The position numbers and the translations under genes are program-made. From the NCBI GenBank assembly GCA_028282845.1, contig JANQGY010000015.1, forward strand, positions 155,207-219,206: a stretch of DNA of 64,000 nt, read 5' to 3'. The stretch's first letter is position 1. Every line of letters begins with the position of its first letter. The notes beneath the pieces are model-generated. The model was not told the DNA's origin. It saw nothing but the letters and a program-made list of their open reading frames with translations, and did no database searches. Shown here piece by piece: positions 46,399 to 57,273 of the stretch. The stretch is from a bacterium (GTDB lineage Bacteria; Fidelibacterota; Marinisomatia; Marinisomatales; JAHJCW01).

Positions 46399-47592
46399 TT
46401 ATTTTCTCTTTATTTTCGGATCTAATCCGTATTCTTTAATTTTACGATAAAGTGTGCGTTCACTCATATCAAGAGCTTGAGCTGCCGCCCGACGATTATT
46501 ATTGAAATATTTCAAGGTTCTCTCAATCGCCTCTTTGGTTACATCTTCTAATTTAAATTCACCGATAGCATCTGATTTAATCAATCGGTCGGAACTCTCA
46601 ACTACCTTGATATTTTTACTGTCACTTGTATATGGCAAATATTTGATCTCATTGTTCTCAAAGTTGGAACCGGAAGCGATGAATTTCTTAATATCTTCAA
46701 CATCTTGTCGAAGTAACAAAAGTTGACGCAAAATAAGCTCGCGCTCAGCTTTTTCCGGTGAGCGATCGAGTATAATCGGCAAATTCTCATTATATTCGAC
46801 TGCCGGCATGACCGGCTCCAAATGATGGTCAATCATTTCCTTGGTAATCCTTGCTCCTTTTTCCAATACGATGATCCGTTCAATGAAGTTCTTAAGTTCG
46901 CGCACATTGCCGGGCCAATCGTATTGCTTCATAGCGCGTATTGCATCGGGCATAAAGCCGCGATACACAATATCATTATTTCGAGTAAATTCAAGCGCAA
47001 ATCTTTCTACTAAAAAAGATAAATCCTCAATCCGCTCGCGCAACGACGGGACTTTAATCGTTACCGTCTTTAACCGGTAATATAAATCCTGCCGAAACTC
47101 ACCTTTTTTAACTAATTCACCTAAGTCCTTATTCGTAGCTGCAATAACGCGTACATCGGAATAAAGCGCTTTTGAATCACCCACCCGCATAAATTCACCG
47201 GATTCTAATACCCTAAGGAGCTTTACCTGCGTTTCCAAAGGAGTTTCCCCGATTTCATCTAAAAATATCGTGCCTTTGTTGGCAGTTTCAAAATATCCTT
47301 TTCGATCTACTTCCGCTCCGGTATAGGCGCCTTTTTTATGGCCAAACAGTTCACTTTCAATAATACCTTCTGGAATAGCTCCGCAATTGACGGTAACCAA
47401 TTCGGAATTTGATCTGCGGCTGATAGCGTGCACAGCTTTGGCAACCATTTCTTTACCAACACCGCTCTCACCGGTTATTAGTACCGTAATATCAATCGGC
47501 CCAACCTGCGCAATCATTTCCATCGCTTGCTTGATTACATCGGAATTACCGATTATTCCCGACTGTTTTTGCAGTTTATCTATATCAATCAT
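46399..47592 (-). CDS. sigma-54-interacting AAA+ regulator with Fis HTH, no sensor domain
   Basis: GESGVGKE, ESELFGHKKGAYTGA, FLDEIGE, FRQDLYYRL, WPGNVREL, SERTLYRKIKEY. Confidence 0.92.
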   Translation of the reverse strand: MIDIDKLQKQSGIIGNSDVIKQAMEMIAQVGPIDITVLITGESGVGKEMVAKAVHAISRRSNSELVTVNCGAIPEGIIESELFGHKKGAYTGAEVDRKGYFETANKGTIFLDEIGETPLETQVKLLRVLESGEFMRVGDSKALYSDVRVIAATNKDLGELVKKGEFRQDLYYRLKTVTIKVPSLRERIEDLSFLVERFALEFTRNNDIVYRGFMPDAIRAMKQYDWPGNVRELKNFIERIIVLEKGARITKEMIDHHLEPVMPAVEYNENLPIILDRSPEKAERELILRQLLLLRQDVEDIKKFIASGSNFENNEIKYLPYTSDSKNIKVVESSDRLIKSDAIGEFKLEDVTKEAIERTLKYFNNNRRAAAQALDMSERTLYRKIKEYGLDPKIKRK

Positions 47593-47594
47593 AA

Positions 47595-48560
47595 CTATTT
47601 ATAAATATCCCACATAGTTGACAATAATGTTTCTAAATCTGAATATTTTGCTTCCCAACCAAGCAACTCCTGTGCTTTTTTATAACTCGCTACAACGTTA
47701 TCGGGATCGCCTTCACGGCGCTCGACTATTTCATATTTGATCTTTTTATTCGTTATTTCTTCAGCTTTCTTTATTGTTTCGAGAACCGAGTAACCTTTTT
47801 CAGTAGATAAATTGACAGTCAAATTTTTTCCCTTATTTACAAGATACTCAAGCGCCAGCACATGGGCACTTGCCAGATCATTCACATGAATATAATCTCG
47901 TACTCCGGTTCCATCAATTGTATTATAATCATTGCCATAAACTTGCATTTTATTGCGAATACCGGCTGCCACTTCCATTACAATCGGCAAAAGATTATTG
48001 GGATTTCGCTCCTTCCCTCTTATCCGACCTTGAACATCATAACCGGCGGCATTGAAATAACGTAACGCAGCAAATTGCAGTTCCTTAATTCTGCTGAACC
48101 AGTTAAGATTGTTTTCAATTTCTATCTTAGTATAACCATAGTAATTCGCCGGTTGAATCGGGTGTTTCTCATCAATCGGAAGATAATCGGGAAAACCGTA
48201 AACAGCGGCAGTTGAAGAAAAGACAAAGTATTTTATTCCGGCAGCAACAACAGCATTTAACAAATTCATAGAACCTACAATATTATTTTCAGCATATTTC
48301 TCCGGTTTTAGCATTGATTCACCGGCTGCTTTCCATGCTGCCAAATGTATAACTGCATCAAAATGATTCTTCGTTAATATTTTGTGCAAATGTTTAGGAT
48401 CTAAAGTCGAGCCTAAAATAAATTTTGCTCGGGCATCTACATTTTCTTTTTGACCCAATGAAAGATCATCATAAATAGTTACTTCATAATTATTGTCGCA
48501 CAATTCATATACAACGTGCGATCCGATATATCCTGCTCCACCTGTAACCAATATTTTCAT
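47595..48560 (-). CDS. galE: UDP-glucose 4-epimerase
   Basis: GGAGYIGSH, FSSTAAVYG, YGYTK, LRYFNAAG, DGTGVRDYIHV. Confidence 0.93.
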   Translation of the reverse strand: MKILVTGGAGYIGSHVVYELCDNNYEVTIYDDLSLGQKENVDARAKFILGSTLDPKHLHKILTKNHFDAVIHLAAWKAAGESMLKPEKYAENNIVGSMNLLNAVVAAGIKYFVFSSTAAVYGFPDYLPIDEKHPIQPANYYGYTKIEIENNLNWFSRIKELQFAALRYFNAAGYDVQGRIRGKERNPNNLLPIVMEVAAGIRNKMQVYGNDYNTIDGTGVRDYIHVNDLASAHVLALEYLVNKGKNLTVNLSTEKGYSVLETIKKAEEITNKKIKYEIVERREGDPDNVVASYKKAQELLGWEAKYSDLETLLSTMWDIYK

Positions 48561-48585
48561 AAAATACTTATTTACTCCATTTCAA

Positions 48586-50589
48586 TTACTTGAATTTAGT
48601 GCCAACTTCCTTTTCCAATTTAGCGATTTCATCCCGCAGTGCCGCTGCCTGTTCAAATTCCAATTTCTCAGCAGCTTCAAGCATTTCCATGCGCATCATT
48701 TCTAACGCAGCTTGTTTATCCATTAAGTCAAAATCACTGCCGCGCCGTTTCGATTTATATTCAAATTCTTCAGTTTGATAGGCATCGGCCACGGCGGTGG
48801 TGTGCATAACATCTTCGGTAGATTTATAGATTGTCTTGGGCGTTATCTTATGCAATTTATTGTACTCCTGTTGGATCGTTCGACGACGCGCCGTTTCATC
48901 CATAAGATACTCCATTGCCTCAGAAACAGTGTCACCATACAGTATAACTTGTCCACCAACATTCCGGGCAGCGCGTCCTGCCACCTGCATTAATGAACTT
49001 TTCGAACGCAAAAATCCCTGTTTGTCAGCGTCTAAAACTGCAACAAGCGAAACCTCAGGAAGATCAAGTCCCTCACGCAACAAGTTGATACCAACCAAGA
49101 CATCAAATTCTCCCAACCTGAGGTCTCTGAGTATTTTTACCCGCTCAACCGACTTTACCTCGGAATGCAAATATTTTACCCGCAGATTCATACCAAGCAG
49201 ATACTCGGTTAGATCCTCTGCCATGCGTTTGGTTAAAGTAGTAATTAACGTACGTTCCTGCTTTGCAACCCGCTGACGGATTTCTCCGATCAGGTCATCA
49301 ATTTGTCCCTCTGTTTTCCTTATCTCAACTTCCGGATCAATCAATCCCGTAGGACGTATAATCTGTTCAACCACCACCCCTTTACTCAATTCAAGTTCTT
49401 TCTCAGCAGGTGTTGCCGAGGCAAAGACTACTTGTTTTTGCATTGAAAGGAATTCATCTATTTTGAGTGGACGGTTATCAAGCGCGCTCGGCAGCCTAAA
49501 GCCGTAATCAACCAGGACTTCCTTGCGTTTGCGATCACCATTATACATTCCTCTTATCTGAGGCAAAGTAACATGCGATTCGTCTAATACCGTTACAAAA
49601 TTATCAGGGAAAAAATCTATCAGCGTCCATGGCCTCTCTCCCGCTTTGCGATTTGAAAAATAACGCGAATAATTTTCTATTCCGGAACAGTAGCCAACTT
49701 CTTTCATCATTTCAAGATCAAAATTGGTGCGTTGTTCAATTCTTTGCGCTTCAAGCAATTTGCCCGCCGATTGTAACTCCTGCACACGTTCTTTCAACTC
49801 TAATTTAATTTCTTCGATGGCTTTTAAAACTGTATCTCTTTCGGTTACGAAATGTTTTGCCGGAAAAATGGCGGTAGAATCCATCTCTCTGATAATTTCT
49901 CCCGTTATACTATCAAAGGCTGTGATGCTATCAATTACAGAACCGAACAATTCAATTCTGATGCAATAATCAGTGTATGCCGGAAAAAGTTCTATCACAT
50001 CGCCTCTGACGCGGAAATTTCCCCTTTCCAATACCATATCATTTCTTACATAAAAGATATTGATCAATTGTGTCAGGAAATCTCGTCTTTGCAGGGATTC
50101 ACCTTTTCTTAGCTTGATAACGTTTTTTTCGTAATCACTCGGTGAACCAATTCCATAAATACAAGATACGGAGCTAACCACGATTACATCATTTCGATCA
50201 ATTAACGAACTCGTTGCTTTCAAGCGGAGTTTGTCAATTTCCTCATTCATCGAAAAATCTTTTTCGATAAATGTATCCGTGACCGGTAAATAGGCTTCCG
50301 GTTGATAATAATCGTAGTAGCTTATAAAATATTCAACCGCATTATCGGGAAATAACGACTTGAATTCGCCGTATAATTGTGCAGCGAGAGTCTTATTATG
50401 TGATATTATCAAAGTCGGTCGTTGGACTTCTTCAATTACTTTGGCAATTGTATATGTCTTACCCGAACCGGTTACGCCCAACAATGTTTGATAGTCAACA
50501 TCGCTGTTTAATCCTTCAACCAACTCTTTAATAGCATTTGGTTGATCACCGCTTGGTTGATAGTTCGAACTGACTTTAAACTCTGCCAT
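48586..50589 (-). CDS. uvrB: Excinuclease ABC subunit B
   Basis: [55 protein letters not shown]. Confidence 0.97.
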   Translation of the reverse strand: MAEFKVSSNYQPSGDQPNAIKELVEGLNSDVDYQTLLGVTGSGKTYTIAKVIEEVQRPTLIISHNKTLAAQLYGEFKSLFPDNAVEYFISYYDYYQPEAYLPVTDTFIEKDFSMNEEIDKLRLKATSSLIDRNDVIVVSSVSCIYGIGSPSDYEKNVIKLRKGESLQRRDFLTQLINIFYVRNDMVLERGNFRVRGDVIELFPAYTDYCIRIELFGSVIDSITAFDSITGEIIREMDSTAIFPAKHFVTERDTVLKAIEEIKLELKERVQELQSAGKLLEAQRIEQRTNFDLEMMKEVGYCSGIENYSRYFSNRKAGERPWTLIDFFPDNFVTVLDESHVTLPQIRGMYNGDRKRKEVLVDYGFRLPSALDNRPLKIDEFLSMQKQVVFASATPAEKELELSKGVVVEQIIRPTGLIDPEVEIRKTEGQIDDLIGEIRQRVAKQERTLITTLTKRMAEDLTEYLLGMNLRVKYLHSEVKSVERVKILRDLRLGEFDVLVGINLLREGLDLPEVSLVAVLDADKQGFLRSKSSLMQVAGRAARNVGGQVILYGDTVSEAMEYLMDETARRRTIQQEYNKLHKITPKTIYKSTEDVMHTTAVADAYQTEEFEYKSKRRGSDFDLMDKQAALEMMRMEMLEAAEKLEFEQAAALRDEIAKLEKEVGTKFK

Positions 50590-50664
50590 AATGGCTAAAG
50601 TTACTTCGATAAATTAATAGCGGTCAATGGCAGAGTATTTTAATAATATGAGCTAAATTTATAA

Positions 50665-52143
50665 CTATTTATCAGGACTCTGATAATTTGGCGATTCCTT
50701 AACGATCCTAACCTCGTGCGGATGGCTTTCTTTTACACCGGCTGAAGATATTTGAATAAATTTAGCTTTTTTGCCAAATTCGTTAATTGATTTAATTCCA
50801 CAATATCCCATTGATGAACGTACACCACCAAGTAATTGATGAATTGCATTACTTACATTACCGCGGTATGGTACCATCCCTTCGATTCCTTCCGGGACTA
50901 ATTTTGTGGCTTCGGTTCCTTCCTGAAAATAGCGATCTCCGCTGCCTTCACTCATCGCTCCAAGTGAACCCATTCCGCGGTAAGTTTTGTACTGACGCCC
51001 TTCATATAAAATTGTTTCTCCGGGACTTTCCTCCATTCCGGCTAATAGATTACCCAACATTACCGTATCAGCACCGGCCGCAAGTGCTTTGGCTATATCT
51101 CCGCTATACCTGATGCCGCCATCGGCAATTACCGGAATATTACTTACCGTAGCAATATCTACCGCTTCCATTATCGCCGATAATTGCGGTACTCCGACAC
51201 CTGCAACAATTCTTGTTGTACAGCTTGCACCCGCACCTATGCCTACTTTCACCGCATCTACACCATTGTCAATTAGAGCTTTCGCTCCTTCAGCTGTAGC
51301 AATATTTCCGGCGATAACCGCCGTACTACCACTTAATTTTTTGATTTGATTAACGGTTTTTAATACACCTTGCGAATGCCCGTGCGCTGTATCAATTATT
51401 ATCGCATCAATTTCGGCCTGATTCAATGCTTCCGCTCTTTCAATCGCATCCTTACCGACTCCAACTGCCGCAGCCACTCTCAGCCGTCCGGCAGCATCTT
51501 TGCATGAATTGGGGAATTCTTCCTTTTTTTGTATATCCTTGACCGTAATTAATCCGGCTAATTCTCCATTATCATCAACAACCAACAATTTCTCAATTCG
51601 ATGTTCCTGCAAAATTTCCTTAGCCGTATCCAAAGTAGTGCCAATTGGAACTGTAATTAGGTTTTTCGATGTCATTCGCTCGGTCACCGACAAATCAAGA
51701 TTTTTCTCAAAACGTATATCGCGATTGGTTAATATTCCTTTCAATTTATTACCGCTAACGACCGGCAAACCGCTGATCTTATACTTTGTCATCAGCATCT
51801 TTGCTTCACGGATTGTTTTACCAATATCCAAAGTAACCGGATTTTTGATCATTCCGCTTTCCGACCGTTTTACCACGTCAACCATGCCAACTTGTTCTTC
51901 AATACTCAGATTCTTATGTATGACACCGATCCCGCCTTCTCTCGCTAAAGCGATTGCCATAGCCGATTCTGTTACAGTATCCATCGCAGCGCTCAATATT
52001 GGAATAGAAAGCGATATTTCTTTGGTAAGCCGCGCTGATAAGTTAACATCGCGCGGAAGTACAGCCGATTCTTGCGGAACAAGCAATACATCATCAAATG
52101 TAAGCGAATATTCAAAGGGTGGTCTGTTATATTTTTTTGACAT
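50665..52143 (-). CDS. guaB: IMP dehydrogenase
   Basis: [22 protein letters not shown] pair, [23 protein letters not shown]. Confidence 0.97.
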   Translation of the reverse strand: MSKKYNRPPFEYSLTFDDVLLVPQESAVLPRDVNLSARLTKEISLSIPILSAAMDTVTESAMAIALAREGGIGVIHKNLSIEEQVGMVDVVKRSESGMIKNPVTLDIGKTIREAKMLMTKYKISGLPVVSGNKLKGILTNRDIRFEKNLDLSVTERMTSKNLITVPIGTTLDTAKEILQEHRIEKLLVVDDNGELAGLITVKDIQKKEEFPNSCKDAAGRLRVAAAVGVGKDAIERAEALNQAEIDAIIIDTAHGHSQGVLKTVNQIKKLSGSTAVIAGNIATAEGAKALIDNGVDAVKVGIGAGASCTTRIVAGVGVPQLSAIMEAVDIATVSNIPVIADGGIRYSGDIAKALAAGADTVMLGNLLAGMEESPGETILYEGRQYKTYRGMGSLGAMSEGSGDRYFQEGTEATKLVPEGIEGMVPYRGNVSNAIHQLLGGVRSSMGYCGIKSINEFGKKAKFIQISSAGVKESHPHEVRIVKESPNYQSPDK

Positions 52144-53669
52144 TAGGTTAATTTCATATATTTATTGACTGCATTAATTATTCTATTATTTCTTATCAGA
52201 TTGGACAGAATTTCAACATCCTTCCCATAAGGATGGTCTCCAAGGTTGATTTTAATATTCTTTTTTACAAGGTCAAGCACCGGTTTTGTTCCGATTCCCG
52301 GCGATAGTTGTTTATGAAACAAAATGGTTGCCCTTGATGCAACCAATAACTCTGCGGCAAGTATGTTGGCAACATTTTCAAGTATTCTGAGCACTTTCCT
52401 CCCCGACCAAGGTGCCATACTTACAATATCTTCCTGTCCGGCTGAAGTAGAAATTGAATCCACACTTGCCGGATGCGCCAAAGTTTTATTCTCCGATGCC
52501 AACGCAGCGGCAGTTACATGTACTATCATGCAGCCTGATTCGAGTCCCGGTTCACTTACAACAAAAGGTGGAATTGCTGATTCAATGCCTTTCATAAAAT
52601 AATTGATCCGGCGTTCGGAAATCGCACCTATTTCACTCATTGCAATTGCGAGTATATCCATCGCTTGGGCAACCGATTCGGCGTGAAAATGACCGGAGCT
52701 ATAAACCGAGCCGTCAGACATAATCAGAGGATTATCGCTAACGCTGTTAATCTCCCGTTCTACGATTAATTTGGCATAAGAAACAGCATCGCGACTTGCG
52801 CCATGAATATGCGGAATACAGCGCATTGAATACGGATCCTGTACCCGTTCGCAATTATTATGTGATTGTACTATTTCACTTTTATTGAGCAATTTCCAAA
52901 TATTCTGCGCTACTTCCCGCTGACCTTTATGCTCCTTAAGTTGATGAATTGATTTCTTGAACACCTTCCTTGATGATAAACTTGCCTCAACTGAAAGCGC
53001 TCCTATTACGTCAGCAGTCCGCAAAAGTCCTTGTGCAATATTCAACGCTTTAATTGCAAAAGCGGTGGATACTTGTGTTCCATTTATCAGGCTCAATCCT
53101 TCTTTCGGATATAGACTTAACGGTTCAATACCAACTTCTTTTAAAGCTAACATACTTGGTACAATTCGATCTTGAAAATGCACATCGCCCTCGCCAATCA
53201 AAGCTAATGCCATGTGAGCCATCGGCGCCAAATCACCGCTTGCGCCGACTGAACCTTGGCGGGGAATTATTGGAATAATATCGTGATTAATAAATTGTAT
53301 GATTTTATCGGCAACTGCTCTCCTAACACCGCTTGCTCCCTTGGCATAAGTCAGAAGTTTTAATAACATAATAGTCCGAACCAAGCCAACATCTATCGGT
53401 TTACCGATGCCGGCGGCGTGACTCTTTATTAAATTAAGCTGAAGCTGCTTCTGATCCTTAGAATTGATTGATATTTGGCTTAATTTTCCAAAGCCCGTGT
53501 TCACGCCGTAAATCTTGACACCTTCATTTAATAAATCATTAAATAATTTATTTGATTTATTAATGGCAGATATAACCTGCGGAGTTAGTTTTGTCTTAAC
53601 ACGCTCCGAAAGTATTTTTGCGAAATCTTCTATTGAATATTTCTTTTGCTCAATCGGTATGGTTAACAT
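52143..53669 (-). CDS. hutH: Histidine ammonia-lyase
   Basis: [19 protein letters not shown] (MIO), [27 protein letters not shown]. Confidence 0.92.
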   Translation of the reverse strand: MLTIPIEQKKYSIEDFAKILSERVKTKLTPQVISAINKSNKLFNDLLNEGVKIYGVNTGFGKLSQISINSKDQKQLQLNLIKSHAAGIGKPIDVGLVRTIMLLKLLTYAKGASGVRRAVADKIIQFINHDIIPIIPRQGSVGASGDLAPMAHMALALIGEGDVHFQDRIVPSMLALKEVGIEPLSLYPKEGLSLINGTQVSTAFAIKALNIAQGLLRTADVIGALSVEASLSSRKVFKKSIHQLKEHKGQREVAQNIWKLLNKSEIVQSHNNCERVQDPYSMRCIPHIHGASRDAVSYAKLIVEREINSVSDNPLIMSDGSVYSSGHFHAESVAQAMDILAIAMSEIGAISERRINYFMKGIESAIPPFVVSEPGLESGCMIVHVTAAALASENKTLAHPASVDSISTSAGQEDIVSMAPWSGRKVLRILENVANILAAELLVASRATILFHKQLSPGIGTKPVLDLVKKNIKINLGDHPYGKDVEILSNLIRNNRIINAVNKYMKLT

Positions 53670-53715
53670 AGATAAATTTATTTGATTTCACTTATTATGT
53701 ACAACAGGTGATACA

Positions 53716-53748
53716 AAAAACCCCATGAAAATTATCCATGGGGTTTTT
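53716..53748. terminator. Rho-independent terminator
   Basis: AAAAACCCCATG-N9-CATGGGGTTTTT. Confidence 0.88.
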
Positions 53749-53767
53749 CAAAAGTAACGATTATTGC

Positions 53768-54463
53768 TTACCGATTAAAATAGATAAGCAGAGTTAAACC
53801 TCCGCCACTGGTAATACCGAAGAACCGATGACTGCCGTTTTCTATCGTTTCATCTTCACCACTACCATACTCAATTTCTTCATCCGGATATGAAGTAAAA
53901 GCAAATAATAGTTGATATTCAGCAGCAAAACTCAACATAGAATTTATTGCATACTCAAGTCCAAACAATCCAAATAAGGAAATTCTTGTAGAAGCATAGG
54001 GATACTTATTCTTATAGATTGTTGCATCCGGTAATGTGCCTCCTTCCAATGCGTAAACCGGAGTTTCCAATTTGTACCTTTTCATTGCAAATCCACCACC
54101 GGCGCCAAAAAATGGATCAACTTTTCCTTTGTTCAGGTGTCGTTCAACCGCAACTTCAAGTCCAAAGGTGGATGTTTTGTCATAACCATCCTCTCCTTTA
54201 TATCCATCATCAGTAAGACCATAATATTGATTCCAGGTTTTTTTCTCTTTATTGCTATAGAAACTCAAAACACCTCTAATTGCGGTATTCTTATTTAGGT
54301 ATCTTTTATAACCCAATCCACCCCTAAAGGCATCAAGATCAAAATTATCAAAATCAAATAGTATAGCCTGATCACCCGCTTTAGGTGGTACATAATTTGA
54401 TTGTCCCCAAGCACCGCTCAACATAATAATCAATGCTAAACCAAATAGTATCGTTTTTTTCAT
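53768..54463 (-). CDS. Small outer-membrane beta-barrel protein
   Basis: Signal peptide; amphipathic strands (GLGYKRYL, PFFGAGGGF, GLFGLEYAI, FAAEYQL), aromatic C-terminus IYFNR. Confidence 0.75.
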   Translation of the reverse strand: MKKTILFGLALIIMLSGAWGQSNYVPPKAGDQAILFDFDNFDLDAFRGGLGYKRYLNKNTAIRGVLSFYSNKEKKTWNQYYGLTDDGYKGEDGYDKTSTFGLEVAVERHLNKGKVDPFFGAGGGFAMKRYKLETPVYALEGGTLPDATIYKNKYPYASTRISLFGLFGLEYAINSMLSFAAEYQLLFAFTSYPDEEIEYGSGEDETIENGSHRFFGITSGGGLTLLIYFNR

Positions 54464-54520
54464 GTTTACTTCCTTTTTATTAATACTTTTTTTGAGGGGC
54501 TAAATTTATATAGTTAATAA

Positions 54521-55825
54521 TTAATTACAAACTATTCCGTTTAATTCAAACATTGAGGCATCTATGATATTCACTTTCTCAAATTGTCCTACTTCTGTTG
54601 CCCCTTTGATTTTGACAATATTATCAACCTCCGGTGAATCGAACTCCGTTCTGCCAATAAATCCATCTTCAGCAATACTATCAACTATAACATCCATAGT
54701 AGAACCAATTAACGCTTCATTTTTATCTAACATGATTTGATTTTGCAATTCCAATAGTCTGAATTTTCGGTCATTTTTTATTTGCATGGGTACATTATCA
54801 TCTAAATTCTCGGCAATGGTGCCTTCTTCTTCTGAGTATGTAAATATACCAAGCCTATCAAATTGAATATCTTCAATAAAGTCATATAATTGCCTAAAAT
54901 CACCTTCAGTCTCATTGGGATAACCGACAATAACCGTTGAGCGCAATCGGATATCCGGAATTACTTCCTTCACTCGGTTGATTCTGTTTCGAATACCTTC
55001 CTGCCCTAATCCGCGACGCATCGAGGTAAGAATTTTATCCGAAGCATGTTGTATCGGTATATCAAGATACCGACAGAATTTTTCCAACTTTCCAATTGAT
55101 TCAATAATTCTCTGCGATAAATGCGCAGGATGAGCATAATGTAACCGGATCCATTTTAACGGATCACCGATTTTGTCTAATTCCAACAATAACGCACCTA
55201 AATTAGTTTTCTCCTGCAAATCCCATCCGTAAGTAGTTGAGTCTTGGGCAATAATTAATAATTCCTTAACACCATTATTCGCCAATGTATCCGCTTCTGA
55301 TACAATCGAATCTATTGGTCTTGAAATCTGTTTACCGCGCATGATAGGTATGCTGCAAAATGAACAGCCATTATCACAACCCTCGGCTATCTTCAAATAG
55401 GCATAATGTTTTGGAGTTAATAATGATCTGAAATATAACGGGTCATCTTTTAGGAAAGGTTTCCCTGTCAAATATGACACGATTTGACGATGATCGTTTA
55501 CACCGAAAAATTTGTCAACTTCCGGAATTTCTTTTGTCAACTGACCACGATACCTTTCAACTAAACACCCCATCACAATTAATCGATTGAGGTTGCCGGT
55601 CTTTTTTAGTTCCGCTGCCTCAAGAATACTATCAATTGATTCCTCCCGTGCCTGATCGAGAAAACCACAAGTGTTGATAATAATCGTTTCCGCTTCTTCA
55701 GGATTGTCAACAATATTCAATTTTGATTTTTTAATCCCGCCAACTAATATTTCAGAGTCAACTAAATTCTTCGAGCAGCCGAGACTTAACAAGTAAATAG
55801 TATTGTCCGAATTACTCATCTTCAC
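54521..55825 (-). CDS. rimO: Ribosomal protein S12 methylthiotransferase
   Basis: SLGCSKNLVDSE, INTCGF, AYLKIAEGCDNGCSFC, DSPEVD, TRAM domain. Confidence 0.95.
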   Translation of the reverse strand: MKMSNSDNTIYLLSLGCSKNLVDSEILVGGIKKSKLNIVDNPEEAETIIINTCGFLDQAREESIDSILEAAELKKTGNLNRLIVMGCLVERYRGQLTKEIPEVDKFFGVNDHRQIVSYLTGKPFLKDDPLYFRSLLTPKHYAYLKIAEGCDNGCSFCSIPIMRGKQISRPIDSIVSEADTLANNGVKELLIIAQDSTTYGWDLQEKTNLGALLLELDKIGDPLKWIRLHYAHPAHLSQRIIESIGKLEKFCRYLDIPIQHASDKILTSMRRGLGQEGIRNRINRVKEVIPDIRLRSTVIVGYPNETEGDFRQLYDFIEDIQFDRLGIFTYSEEEGTIAENLDDNVPMQIKNDRKFRLLELQNQIMLDKNEALIGSTMDVIVDSIAEDGFIGRTEFDSPEVDNIVKIKGATEVGQFEKVNIIDASMFELNGIVCN

Positions 55826-56720
55826 CTAATATTGATTTGACATAATCCTCAGCATTAAACGGAATTAGATCTTCCAACTTCTCACCAACACCAAGAAATA
55901 AAACCGGTATTCCAAGCTCTTCATAAATAGGCAGAGCTATTCCCCCCCGGGCTGTTCCATCCATCTTAGTCAATATTATCCCGTCAACTTTGAACATTTT
56001 CGTGAACTCACGGGCTTGGATCAGTGAGTTTTGCCCGAGACCGGCATCAATTGTTAATATAGAAAAAAGATTAAATTGCGGGAAATGCCGGTTAACCAAA
56101 CGCACCATTTTCTCTAATTCCGCCATCAAATTCTTATAGGTATGTAATCTACCGGCAGTATCAACGATAATAATATCACTATTATTTTTTTGGGCAGACT
56201 TAAGTCCGTCAAAAAGGACTGCACTTGGATCATTTGATTGTGCGTTACAAACTAATTTGATGCTCAATCTTTCCGACCATTTCTCTAATTGTGCCGCTGC
56301 CGCTGCCCGATAAGTATCAGCGCCAACCATAAATATTTTATGATCTTTATTCAAGTAATTGGCAAGTTTGGCAGTCGTAGTTGTTTTGCCGGTGCCGTTT
56401 ACTCCGATCAATAATACAATTGATTTGGACTGAATAGCGGGCATATCATCTTGTGTGGGCAAATGTTCTAATAAAATATTTTTAACAATATTTTCGGGAT
56501 TGTCGGTGCGCGTTTTACTTAGCTTATCAATGATCATGTCTGTGGTAACAATTCCGACATCAGAACTAATCAAGCTTTCTTCCAAACTGAGCAACAGCGT
56601 TTCATCCAATTTCTTCCTTTTTAATCCTTTCAACGGTTCTTTCAAGGAGCTTCGAGTTTTATTCAAAGCGTTAAATAGTTTTGTCCTTATTTTCATTGGA
56701 TCAGAGCTTTTTAAATTCAA
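55812..56720 (-). CDS. ftsY: SRP receptor FtsY (NG domain only)
   Basis: GVNGTGKTTT, ADTYRAAA, DTAGRLH, TKMDGTARGG, GVGEKLEDL. Confidence 0.95.
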   Translation of the reverse strand: MNLKSSDPMKIRTKLFNALNKTRSSLKEPLKGLKRKKLDETLLLSLEESLISSDVGIVTTDMIIDKLSKTRTDNPENIVKNILLEHLPTQDDMPAIQSKSIVLLIGVNGTGKTTTTAKLANYLNKDHKIFMVGADTYRAAAAAQLEKWSERLSIKLVCNAQSNDPSAVLFDGLKSAQKNNSDIIIVDTAGRLHTYKNLMAELEKMVRLVNRHFPQFNLFSILTIDAGLGQNSLIQAREFTKMFKVDGIILTKMDGTARGGIALPIYEELGIPVLFLGVGEKLEDLIPFNAEDYVKSILGEDE

Positions 56721-57273
56721 CTAAATAACGTTTCATGTACATTATCCAACTCAACAAGAGCATTACAAAGGAAAGCCAGATAAATACATCATTGAGAAAC
56801 TCGAAAGAAGGAATAGGAAAAATGTGCAGTATAATTGTTATTGCAACAAGACCTGTAGCTATCTTGCCCGGAATATTGGCACCATTTATTCTGTGAGTAT
56901 GATTGATCAAGTATAACCCTATAAGAGTGATGGTAGCGTATCTTATTAAAAAGAATATAAAGAACCACATCGGGAATTTGCCCGATATTGCCAGATAAAA
57001 AGCAACTGACACGATAACAATCGCATCTGCGAGCGGATCAAGCCACATGCCAACGTGGGTAACTTCATGCGCCTTGCGTGCGATATATCCATCTAACATA
57101 TCCGACAAAACGACAACAATTATTAGGGTAGCCAGAATTACAGTAGAATCAGGCACAAGCAAATAATAAATTATAGGAATAACTAAAATGGCTCTCAGCA
57201 AACTTATAAAGTTTGATAAAGTCAAAATCCGATCCGGATCGGTTATTTTTGATTTATTATTATTATTCATCAA
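56701..57273 (-). CDS. CDP-alcohol phosphatidyltransferase (PgsA-like)
   Basis: NFISLLR, SDMLDGYIARK...G.WLDPLAD. Confidence 0.9.
   Translation of the reverse strand: MMNNNNKSKITDPDRILTLSNFISLLRAILVIPIIYYLLVPDSTVILATLIIVVVLSDMLDGYIARKAHEVTHVGMWLDPLADAIVIVSVAFYLAISGKFPMWFFIFFLIRYATITLIGLYLINHTHRINGANIPGKIATGLVAITIILHIFPIPSFEFLNDVFIWLSFVMLLLSWIMYMKRYLVEFKKL

Noticed and set aside
46399-47592. GAYTGA instead of GAFTGA in the sigma-54 activator
   Set aside because: This is a known natural variant, and the pairing with lptE is ordinary FCB synteny.
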